DNA of 64,000 nucleotides from Saccostrea echinata (Eukaryota): NCBI RefSeq assembly GCF_033153115.1, contig NW_026889750.1, positions 868,001 to 932,000 of the forward strand, read 5' to 3'. Shown piece by piece: positions 49,838 to 61,357 of this stretch (position 1 is its first letter; each line of letters starts with the position of its first letter). The notes under the pieces were generated by a model. It saw only the letters and a program-made list of their open reading frames with translations, ran no database searches and was not told where the DNA came from. The position numbers and the translations under genes were made by a program.

Positions 49838-51896
49838 AAAAACATACAGGAAGGCGAGTCGCTAGAAATTCATTGTCATGGAATGATGTATCCCAGTTAC
49901 AAGAAAATACAATTTGTAACGAAGATTGTTGTGTGCTAACATCTGAGTAGCTAGCAACTTCAACAAGGATCTTTTATTTGCTAATAAGACATTTAAGCCA
50001 GCATGTAACAGAGAAGCTTCTAAGAAGGTTAATTATATCTGGTATATTTGTCGTCGCACGAACAAATATCGTATTCGAGTCAATATAACAAGTCGTAATT
50101 TGTGTGATATGTCAATGGAACGAACTTGTTACAGTTACCATACATTCTCTGAACCAATTACGAGGATGCAACTTGAGGAGCGGCTTGTCCTTCATGAAGA
50201 TTGATTGTATGTTGTTTTACGTCCCATTCGAGAATTTTTCACTCATATAGAGATATCACCATATACCGGTGAAGAGCTTCAAATTTAGACCTTTACTCGG
50301 CACTCAGGGCCATTGAGCAGTGAGGGTTCTTTAACGTGCCAACGCCTACCGTGACACGGGACCTCGGTTTTTAAGGTCTCATCCGAAAGACCCGCAACTT
50401 TCACTTCAAAGTACCGAGTGCTTGACGAAGAAACAGTTGCTACCTTTTATCGATAGGTCAGTCGCGGCCGTGATTCGAACACACGACCTTCCGATCACGC
50501 TCTACCGACAGAGCTACTCCTTCATGAAGAAGTATAAAATACGTTGACGTTTTGTACTAAACTGTTGTGAACTTGTCTATGCATGTGGGGGCACAAGAAA
50601 TTGAATATGTCTGTAACCTTCAAACAATTAACGATAGAGCTAGCCATATTATAAAATCTATACGATATAGACCAATAGAAAACTGATGAAATGTGTCTTT
50701 GAGAGATACTGCTGCTCTACTTCCGGTAAACACAATGGTCACGGAATCCAGTAATTTGCTGTCTGTGGTAATAATTGATGTTCACTTCAAACAATTCCTG
50801 GCACAAAAGATGCAGTCTTCTTTCATTTACAAATTTAGCATCGGACATAAAAACTGAACCCATGTCTTGAAGATGACAATAAGTTTTCATTTAGAATTTT
50901 CGCTTACCTGACTAGAAACCCCAATATATGTAAAAGACATTTTTTGATCCATTGCCTTTTCATTCAGTGCAAGTTATTATTTAATTTTTTTAAAACTCTA
51001 CTTGGAAGGGTGGGGAGTTATTTTAAGAAATGAATTTAATTTTTTGAGAATTCATGAGGACATGAACTACGACGCTTCACGCCGGCATATTTCATGGAGC
51101 ATATGCAGGCGCGAAGCATTGTAGTTCACGTACCTCATGAATTCTCAAAAATTAAATTCATTTCTTATATTTACATTATTTTTCTGATGACATGCCTCAT
51201 ATTTTTGTCATGAAACAATCATTTTTGAAAAAAAAGTTTTCACTATTTTTTTACTTCAATTACGTCACCATGGAAATATTCTTACTCATACCACGGTAGT
51301 TCATGAGTACATGAACTTTTTCTAATTTGCAAAGAATCTCAAGGAAAATTATTTGGAAATGTAAATATTATGAAAGTTAACACATTAAATTCAAATTGAG
51401 CATAATATTTTGTTCTACAAAGAGAAAACGATTATGAAAGGGATCTAAATTACCATACCTTCAAGATGAGTTTCCAGGACCTTCTCTATAATGGGTTTGA
51501 CTTTGTCTGCTCTGAACCTCGCGGGAGGATCTAGTCGATAGGTATTTTCATAATAAACCTTTAAAAATATAAACAACAAAGATTATATTAATACTTGCAT
51601 ATAGCTAACATATCCTGTCGAATGCAAAACGATGTTACGCTGATTTTTATATGCTGCGAATTCCTAGCAAAAACCGAAGTCATTTTGCTGTGACACATTT
51701 GTACAACTTGATTCACTAAATTTTCTATATGTACACCTGAACATACCTTTTTGGCTTTGTGCATATTATCATCATCATGACGAGGATCGCAAGCAAAAGA
51801 GATGACACTGGAACCAGCGTTTTTCAGGGGTCTGTGCTGAGCGGCCACATCGAAAAGACTGGAGACCTTCGCTCCTAAATCCCTCCCCGTCATCAT
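49255..51896 (-). CDS. Tctex1-domain dynein light chain (TCTEX1D/DYNLT-like), 168 aa, 4 coding exons
   Basis: Exons 51747-51896, 51459-51558, 49665-49755 and 49255-49420 give YENTYRLDPPARF..LEGKKYDP..LSDEIKQKVKELDFKRYKLVCTVTIGQKHNQGVQIGSRYLWDADRDNFA..GSVYALYYE*. Confidence 0.92.
49773..49834. repeat. (TA)n microsatellite
   Basis: Direct. Confidence 0.98.
50201..50517 (-). mobile_element. Full-length tRNA-derived SINE with 13-bp TSD
   Basis: TSD TCCTTCATGAAGA (50188-50200, 50518-50530); minus-strand head TAGCTCTGTCGGTAGAGCG..GTTCGAATC; (CAAT)n tail. Confidence 0.88.
51024..51368. mobile_element. Crypton-like non-autonomous element with a ~145-bp terminal palindrome
   Basis: TAAGAAATGAATTTAATTTTT..GAATTCATGAGG ... 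CCTCATGAATTCTCAAAAATTAAATTCATTTCTTA, followed by a TATTTACAT...ATGTAAATA inverted pair. Family assignment is inferred. Confidence 0.6.
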
Positions 51897-52602
51897 ATTG
51901 TCAACCTGCTAACGTGTGTATAAATAATATATTGTCAGTAACAAAATCCTATGTCATGCACAGTAAGTGTATCATTCCGTCCTCGCGGACCACTATAGTC
52001 TATATTGATTCTTGAGTAGAAATTTGCTTATTCGGTTTCCATGGTAAAAAGGAAGCTACATTATCAAGCAAACTGAGATTGATTTGTTTGATGGTCTCTG
52101 TAGTACCACTTAAGTCTCAAGAGTTCCTCGTTAAACCAACAGTTCATGTGCAGTTTAATGGCAACGTGTTGACTTGGGAATAAGCACCAGAGTAATTACA
52201 TTGAGACAAATCAAAACCTAATAAAAGTAACTTTCATTGATTAATGATTAATGTAATCTCTTGGTTCACAAATGTCGCATCAGGATTTAAGAGAAGAATA
52301 CACAAAAGAAATAGAGATTCCCTTGAAAATTTTATGAGAGCAATGGTGTTTCTCCGACCAAAGCTCACATTATAGAGCTCTCTATTAGCTTCGATGACAA
52401 TCAAAGAGATATGATTAGCTGAACAAGAATTTCTCAAATACAAGAATATTTTCATGGAAATTTGACTGCAAATGCATCAAAATTAATTTTTCATTTAAAA
52501 ATACCCATTTAATTGCATTTTATTAAAAACTTATATCAAGTAATGTACTTATATATAAAATTATACATGTTATATACTTATATGTATACAATTATACATG
52601 TA

Positions 52603-52752
52603 CAGTTAAACTTGGTTAAAAAAGGAAGTCACTAGGACCTCCAATTTTGCTTCCTTATAACCGAGATTCTTTAAATCCGTACAAAAACATAGTGAAAAGT
52701 CTTCAAAAGCTCCTTATATATAAAGCGAGTACTTCATAACCGAGTTTCACTG
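52603..52752. mobile_element. Tc1/mariner-like MITE
   Basis: TA|CAGTTAAACTTGGTTA ... TAACCGAGTTTCACTG|TA. Confidence 0.7.
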
Positions 52753-53059
52753 TACATGAACTATAATTAATGAAATATCACTATTCCAAACATTCAATGA
52801 AGAATGCTTGACACAAATATACGAGTGTAAAATCTTATCCAGAATTGCGTGAACGTTTCGAACAGCAACTTTACGACGGAAGTGGTTTATGCCACAGTAA
52901 TAAATCAGAGTAAATATCAATCTCTCCTTGCGTAATTAATTAACAATATAAAAGGTGGAACATTTCATTTTCATCGATTCTTTCTTTATGTCAGATTCAA
53001 CGCCTTGTATTCATTTCAGCTCACTCGAGCAAACTTTTTTTGATCAAAATTTGTCAGTC

Positions 53060-53346
53060 CAGGCCCGTAGCAACGGTTTTAGAAGGGGGGGGGGTACTTT
53101 AAAAAAAAAACCTAAAACCTACACTGACCAAAAGTGGGGCCGGCGGGGGGGGGGGCATTCCCAAAATTATCTGAGAAGCAAAAAAAAAAATTAATTTATT
53201 GTCCAAATCCTGGAATTTGCCTGTGCTCGACATTACAACATCAAATAGTGAGGGGGGGGACCAGCATCTAAAGAATATAATTTACTATAGCAAAAACTAT
53301 TCTCAGAAAAAAGTGGGTCCCCCCCCCCCCGAGTTCTACAGGCCTG
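53060..53346. mobile_element. hAT-like MITE, same terminal family as 38025-38266
   Basis: CAGGCCCGTAG...CTACAGGCCTG with flanks CAGTC/TAGTC. Confidence 0.65.
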
Positions 53347-54473
53347 TAGTCATCTTCTACAAACTTTTCTCATTTTCTACTTCGTCTTTAGGAGGTCAGA
53401 GTCAAACAACTGCACAAGTATTCTTTTGTAAATTAGTAGGCTTGGAATAATTGGAATTCGTTAAACTGAAAAGTGATTTACCCCAATCCCTCCAAAAAAA
53501 AAAGTTACCACCACAGTTACATGTATGCAATCCGTATTTACGTAGGAACAGGACTGTAAAACATTTCTTGATTTGAGGGAAAAGAGGTTAGTATAAATTA
53601 TAAATACAGTTTCATTATTTCCGTTTCCAGTTTCAATCATAGGAATCCTACATTATGGTTTTCTTCTTTGTGCTGCCAAATATATGAATTTAATACAACA
53701 AATCAAACATAAGTAAGTTTGATGATGTCATACAAATGAACGTGTTGTGCATTGTGCATCCTGACATTGGGCACCAAACAATACTAAATATTTAAACAGA
53801 GAACTGTAAGATAGGCTATGTCTGTACATTTTTCACACGTGCCTAGGTGAAGTAAAACTGTCATTGAAAAACACGAAGTGGATGTTATTTCAATCCATAA
53901 TTTTCTTGAAACTTACTTTTAAAGTTTAAAATATCTGTTGCTCTCAAACTTCTTACGTCGCTGTAAATAAAATTTATTTTAAAAGTGAACAAAAATATAA
54001 TTGTAACAAGCATATAGATGATCTAGATGAATCTACAGACGATGACAAAAGCGTGTCTGTGTTTTTTTTAACCTTTAATTATTGAAAGGTGGTATCTCTA
54101 AAGTACTAAAAGCAAGTAGAAAATTTTAATGCAGTATTTCCATATTTGAAAAAATAAACTGCAGAATAAACAGATACACGTATAATCAGCATGTATTGCA
54201 TGCATCGGGTTCGGAAAACAGATAAAAAAGCAATTTGTTGATGGCGCCAAAAACTTGATTTTCAATATTCAGCTCAGGTCAGTATTTAAAAATAATTCTA
54301 AACTATCGTTGACGGTTCAGTATCATTTAAACAGTAGATAGATTTATTTTGCCAGTTTGGTAGCTCTGTTCACAGTATACTATGAAATTATTTTGAAAAT
54401 TGAAGTGGAAAGCCATTGCATAAAATGATAGGCCTATGTATAAATTTACCCTTATATAGATCAATATCCTGGG

Positions 54474-54743
54474 ATGACAATGAGGAGTCAAACATTACCA
54501 AATCTTCTTCTGATGGTTTTTCTTGTTTTGCTGTTCCCTATGCATTCTAAGACATGTGTGACGGATTATTCCACGCCATACGGCTGTGCGGACATTGATG
54601 GGAAGTGTAAGGCGGCGGCGGGGGAATGTTACATGGTCCCCACCCTTTATTACGGGGACCAGTGCTGTTGCTCCACTGACGAGTCATGTCGATGGATTGA
54701 ACCCGACTCCAGTCTTGTAAAGAAAACGGATGATGAACTATAG
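54474..54743 (+). CDS. Small secreted cysteine-rich peptide (89 aa, 8 Cys), family unassigned
   Basis: Hydrophobic signal-like N-terminus and a GC-richer ORF in AT-rich DNA. Splice acceptor at 54458-54459 just before the ATG, candidate donor GTAAGT at 53713, TATAAA boxes near 53592-53605, ATTAAA at about 54825. Confidence 0.75.
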   Translation: MTMRSQTLPNLLLMVFLVLLFPMHSKTCVTDYSTPYGCADIDGKCKAAAGECYMVPTLYYGDQCCCSTDESCRWIEPDSSLVKKTDDEL

Positions 54744-55955
54744 ACATGGTTTTATTTAAAGTGCAAAACTGTGCATTTAAACCAGAGAGATGGATTCATT
54801 ATGTGGAATTCTTTTTCTTGTATTATTAAAAACATAACGATATAGTATGATTTCTAGCAGTGATGATATCATCTCAAAATTTTCTAGATATCTGAATACT
54901 CTGGGTCTGTTTTACAAAAGTACTTACGACTAAGACATAAAATATGCGGCCAATTTTTTGTCTTCTTTAAATGAATTTGTATTCAGTGCAGATTTAGAAA
55001 ACAATATTTTTAGACATACGCAACCATGTGCATTTTCAGAGTTATCACCATTAAGTAAGTCAGTATGTCCAGAAACATTGCGTCTCTGGTAATGTCCAAT
55101 CTGGCGTACGTTCTGTATGTCAGATTAAAAACAAACTAATACTTGGGCTTCGTCGATGCTTCTTTTATAAAATGGGATCCTGTTTATTATTTGATGTAGA
55201 TTAATTTGAAATCTATGGAAATTGTTATTTAATTCTGAGTTAGTAAAGCTTATTTAGCACGAAATTGTACAGTATAATGTCTGAATATGTAGGTGATCTC
55301 GGTTGTCTTGGTTCTTTGCTAGAGAACAAATATCCGCATGTAACAATCCAAGTTAGATGTGGAATAGAATAGAAAAGCATTTTCCAAATCAGGGCCCAAA
55401 TATACAAATAAGCATAAATTTATAGCATATAGCCTATATTATTAATGATACAGTAATAGACAAGATAGTGAAGCGTAATTCTTCCAGTTAGATTTTAAGA
55501 ACATTGGTGGCATTGCCTTCCCACATTTTTTTTTTTTATTAAAATATATAATTTGGTGTTTAATATGACTATTTCTGCACATTTAATTAATACTTAATGT
55601 TAAACATGTGCATTATTCTTCTTAATAATTCAATATATACATTCTGAGCACATAACATATGCCCGATACATCAACAAGAGCTGATGCTAAAGAAATGTAT
55701 TAAACAGAAATCCACTGCTGTCTTATGTGCAATAAACAGATACATGATATATGGAGAAAAGTATTATATGTTGGTAAATGAATTTAAAATTTGATGGTAT
55801 GATATAATGTTTTCTGTTTTTCTTTTTTAAAATAATAATAGTAATATATTGATATTTACTATGAAGAAATATCTTATAATATTATTTTCACAGAACTCGA
55901 TGAAAACGGTTCAATAATTTAAATTAATACATTTCATACTACATATACTAAGGCC

Positions 55956-56046
55956 CATCGTCACAAGCCACGGGTTTTGTCCATTCTGTTTATCTGTTTG
56001 TGGAAATAGAACATAATGGAACCAAAACATGTGGCTTGCGACGATG
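55956..56046. repeat. 91-bp hairpin element (CATC...GATG ends) upstream of the PLEKHA-like gene
   Basis: CATCGTCACAAGCCAC..GTTTTG ... CAAAAC..GTGGCTTGCGACGATG; no clear TSD. Confidence 0.65.
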
Positions 56047-56233
56047 TATACTCGCTATGTTCCTTAAATTTTGCACAATCATATGTATATGTCATTTGAA
56101 AAAAAAAAAGAGTCAAGTGCTTCTAATCAAGTAAGGCTTATTGCCCTAAGTCCCCGTGGCGAGCCTCTAGGTACCTTGTGACGTAATGGTATACCGGAAG
56201 AGCCAAAGGTAAATCTCAAAAAGTTTTTCAAAC

Positions 56234-59200
56234 ATGGCGGTTGATGTTTTGCGGGAGAGGCATCCCCACGTAAATTTCGGAGTAACAAGAGACGGGCGAA
56301 TCTTCTTTATTGAGTGAGTAATTTATAATGATCAGCTAACGTTCGCCTTGCTGCAAAAAATTATATGTGTATATGTACAGACAGGAACACATCAAAAATT
56401 GCTGGAGAAACTTTTTACACCTGAACAGGGGGGACAGGTATACTTATATTAAAATGTTCTGGGACGTTTGTTGATTTTAGTTTTTATCTCTTTTTAAGCG
56501 AAAAATCACGGACGACATCTTGGCTACATCCATTAAAAAGAAATCCCGTGCAAACAGGCCACAGAAGAGTGTCAGGTGAGAAATGACATTGTTTACAAAG
56601 GGGCGCAACTCGTACCAACCTCAGATTAATTAGACCAAAACACCTGTCGTGTTAGATAAAATCTACACATTTTTAGCTTGTTTTGTGATTATTATCGACG
56701 CCAGATAAAGTTACAGGCGTTCTATCCATTGTACTTTTGAAAATCATGAACAATTTTATATACTCTGGTCACAAAACATGGTATGCCATCCTTATATACA
56801 TCTGCACCAACACAGCCCATGCAGCACATTTTAGGATGCATTTCTGAAATACTTAGCATGTGTCAGATTTATTTTTATCTTTCAACAAAAGTTAACACCA
56901 CATAAATGTGGTTTTATGTTCTATTAGCCATTGTTTCCCAAGTTGGAACTTGAAAATCAGTGTAGCCTTTATCATATGTTTATGATATGCTTATACCCTT
57001 CTTCAAATGGGACATTATTACTTCTTTTATTCAATAGCAAAATGGGTTGTGCAAGATTAGTGCATACATGCACAGTTTGAAGTATATGTACCTTATCAAT
57101 GTGTAGCATAGTGTATGTTGAGTGTTAAGAGAGGTAATTAATACACATGTGGTATGATATGAAGATATTTTTAATTTATTATTGTATAATTAAGTTCCTC
57201 TCCCTTAGCAGGAACTGGCCAATAATTAACTGAAATCAAAATTTTATTTCAACCACGGGTTCTTACTTTTTCATGTGATATGTAATTGTTCCTTGAGTGA
57301 CCTATGCTTGCATTGATGGCAAGATTAACTTCTTTACGTATCATTTGTTGTGACATAAGAAGAAATATTATTGAGGAGAATAAAGACAAAACCCACAAAA
57401 TCAAGGCACATTTTCCTTTCTTTTTTCATGACATGTATCATGTCAATCATGTAAACATAAGACAGTGTCCTGATTTGTTGGTAAACATAAGTTCTGTATC
57501 AGTTGTGATGTAATATGAATCAAGGTGACATAATTCGCTGTGTATTTACCTGTGAAACATTTACCCAACAAGTCTTAAAAACACTCTGCTGATCAACCAT
57601 ACTGTATGGGAAGAATTCTAACTGAGATTTACCTGTACGATAAAGAATTGAAATGATGGTTTGTTTCACTTAAAGGCCCTGACCCAATTTACACAGGTGT
57701 GTCAAAAAACTTTTATTACACTGCAAATGGTCCTTAGTATATTGTTGAAGAATGATAATTTCAATTGAATTGATGTGAAAAAATATGAATGAAAGCAACA
57801 ACTTGATTTTTTTTTCATCATAAATGTCCTTTTATATGAAAATATCAGGTTGCTGTTGCAGTTTGTTTTACCTGTCTCAGGTAGCACCTGCAGCAAAAAA
57901 ATAAAGTTTCTAAACCAATACAGAAATTTAAACTGCTTTTATAATAGTAAAGACTTCTGAAAAAAAAATACTTAAAAGATTTGATAAATTATGCATACAA
58001 TTTCATTTGCTTTAATCAGTATTTTTTAGTTTCACATTTTAGCATTGCAGTTCTTATCAAAATTGTGTGAGATAAAAAAAAAAGCATGATAGGATAATAA
58101 TGGTTTTAAAAGAAATAATTATAGTGAGATTTATTACTGCAAAAGCTAGACGTTTCTCATTAAAATCCTCATATTAATAGATAAATTTCTCATGAGTAAG
58201 AGGGAATCTACAAGACAGTTTCCCGTCATTAGACACCTCAGGTGAAGTTGACAGATTTCAGACACATTACATTGAACAGGTAAAAAAAGAGATGTTCAAA
58301 GCTGATTAATTGCTTTTGGGCTGGACAGATAATTTGAGATTTCATGGTTGTAATAAGCCAGTGAACTCCAATAGATCTGGGGTTTGGTCTGAGCTAACAT
58401 ACTTAGCCAGGTATTGGGGATCACTTAACAGAATCTGGAGTGACATTTGTTTGTTTTGTTTACTTTATATTTTATGGCCTGGTCTGTTCCAGTTTTATAG
58501 GTGGACAGTCATTTAAAAGTCCTGACTAATCGCCTTAGTCCGATCAGTTCTTATCTCTTTCCTCTGTCACACCTATTGTTGAAAACAAAAACAAAGCAAT
58601 ACCTCAGGAGAGGATTTCAACAGTAAAAAACAACAGAGTTAAGAAGACTATTGGCTTAGGGAGGAAGTTATGTATTCATTCTCGATGGCCGTCTACATTC
58701 CTGTGTATTTTGCATAAAATACATCTCACGTGTTGAAGGAAAGGTGACATTTATGCAGATGAATTTCACAATTGTGCGTCCAATATTTCCTCTGTGTCAG
58801 GGAATACACAAGGTTCACTCACAGGATAGATACCTGTAAATCATTTTTAAGTTTCATAGGATAATTTTACTGTGGAGAGATTTTAGCAGGTATTTGCTCA
58901 GGTGAGTTTTATTGTCTCTGAGTTTATTCACACACTGTGTATGAGGAATGTGATACAGTCATATGCATCACATCACTGACAATACTAAAATACATTAGAG
59001 GTCATTGAGTAGGGCAGTTATAATTCTTTTCTCAATTATGCATATAATTGAAAAGAATCTTTAATATGAATTTAATTTTTGTTGCAATATCTTAACTGAG
59101 TAAGATTTGAATAGAACAAAACCTACATTTGAGGTAAATATTGATATTAACGGTACAAGATGTATAAAGCTACATGTACATGTAAATTAGTGTCTTTGTG

Positions 59201-61357
59201 TGACAGAAAGTGTGGTCAATTAAGACACGAAAATTCCATTTTATTTAATGACCTTATAAAGCACATGCATGTATCTTCTTAATTGTGTTAATACGCTCAA
59301 AATTGACCAACGTAATCCAAGTACGTAAATGGCATAGACATGGTGGTTAAGTTGATAAAATGTGTATTACAAATGTTCGAGCCGGCACAATCAGTTGGAA
59401 ATGTATTTCGTTTCTTTGGCCCGAAGGCACCATACTTCACAGGAGACAGAAAAAAGACATTTGTGTTGGTGTCGGTGTTACATAAGGTGCGAAATGTCGT
59501 ACCAAGTCCATGTTAATTTGTTTTTAGTCCATGTCTGAAGGGTTTGATGGTTATGGGTTTTGAGTGGGGCAGGTCCTGTCGTTTTTTTTTTTATTAACTG
59601 AACTTGATTTTTGGAAGTGTCCTGTTTATGCTGTGGTGTGTGTAATATAGATTGATAAAGCAAACTTTAAAGTTTTATCTTATCAATGTGAAAAAGTTTT
59701 CATTAACATATTTTTCGTTGTGAATGATCAAAGGAACAAGCCTTATGTTTCTGTTCCACAAATGTCTGTAATGAGCAGAAAAAACATTATAATGGAGGAA
59801 ATGATTGAATTTCTACTTGTTTTCCGGTGATTTCTTGGAGACATTCTGGGCCTTGAAGGTCTGTATAAAGTATTGTGCAATGAAGAAGAGCCGAAAACCA
59901 GCTGTGATTATCTGGTCCTCTAGAGGTTGGAGACTGTACCAGAGTAAGAGAATCTTTTGTCTCATGGTCACGTGTCTGTGTTAAAAATTCTCAGGTCTTC
60001 ATTTAGAATGACTACATACATGTATACATGTAGTTTTATTTCTCTCAGTTGTAAACTTATTGGATGCACATCTTTACTTCATAGTGGACTTTTAATGTAT
60101 AATTATACATGTACATAGAAATTGTGTGTTAATCATTATTTATGACATGGTAATAATAAATTATTTTGGTTGTGCTTTACTTTTTAAATCTTTGCAAATT
60201 AATGACCACCTTTTTTTGTTCCATATTAAAATTTTTACCTATCATAAAGTAGAGTTGAACTTCGGTACCTCAAACATCGATCATCTCAAATACCATGAAT
60301 GTGTGTCCCTACCACTTTTCATATAAAAAAGTGAATTTGATACAGTGTGTAAATTGTCAGGTCTTCAACACTAACTGAATATTCCTTAATATTCCTTCTG
60401 ACTAATTGATCTTCTTTGAAAAGAATCTGTTACTGCATGCTATTGCAAGCTATTTTCCTTATGAAGTGTGTGAAAATGTATTGGGCTGTGTGTTCTTGAA
60501 GAAAAACATGCATACCATTTATACAGTTATACATGCAGTCATGCATCTAATTATGCTACTGTTCACATGTATACTTATGTTAAAAAAAAATATCAATGCA
60601 ATGATGGTATTATGGGATGCAGATACAAGCAGGAATTTGATATACTAGCTGTGCTATTTCTCTTTTTTACTATTGGTGGAAAATTTCATAATATACAGGG
60701 AGTGTTCAGAAATTGATATGGCTATACATGTATTCAGTTACATTGACACAGCCTGAGAGGAACCTGTATGTAAAAACTTCAGTTGTTTATCTGAGTAAGA
60801 ATGATCACAATTATGGGTATGAATTTCAAGGTGTGTTTTTTTTTTTATGTGTATAAAGATAAAATAGTAATCTGAACAATTTGTATATTTATAAAAATGG
60901 AACTTCTATATCCCCTCCCATCTTTCATCCTCTTTCAAACCAGGGTGAACATTCTGAACAGAAAGAAATTGTGAATATATAGTTAATAACTGTCCAATAG
61001 CCAGTGTACACTAACATTGTGCAAATGTGTGAGTTTTTATGAAAGGTACTACTTCATGTATTTGATGGAAATGGTTCAATCAAAGAGAATTCTATAGTAA
61101 ACTGTAGAAAATAATTGAATGAGAATAAATAATGGTAGAACATTTAAAATAGTTGACCTATTGAATTTCCTTATTGATTCTTTGGTATATAGTTTAACTT
61201 GCTCAGGTAATTCAACTCTTGACTTTTAATTGAGCTATCAATACTTAATGAGTGGAAAATGTAGACATGATAGTTGACTCTGTGATTTTAAAATTTCAGG
61301 ACTACCAGATGGCTGGGAACAAGCTGTGACACCAGAGGGAGCTATTTACTTCATAGA
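56234..61357 (+). CDS. PLEKHA5/6/7-like protein, N-terminal tandem WW domains (3'-partial; first three exons)
   Basis: Exons 56234-56313, 56499-56575 and 61300-61357 give MAVDVLRERHPHVNFGVTRDGRIFFIDEKSRTTSWLHPLKRNPVQTGHRRVSGLPDGWEQAVTPEGAIYFI, co-linear with the PLEKHA5/7 N-terminus (G.TR.GR.FFI..TTWLHP..TGHRR..LP.GWE.A.T.EGA.Y). Confidence 0.85.

Noticed and set aside
61300-61357. WW exon resembling YAP/Yorkie WW2
   Set aside because: It splices in frame to upstream exons matching the PLEKHA5/7 N-terminus, and there is no TEAD-binding region.
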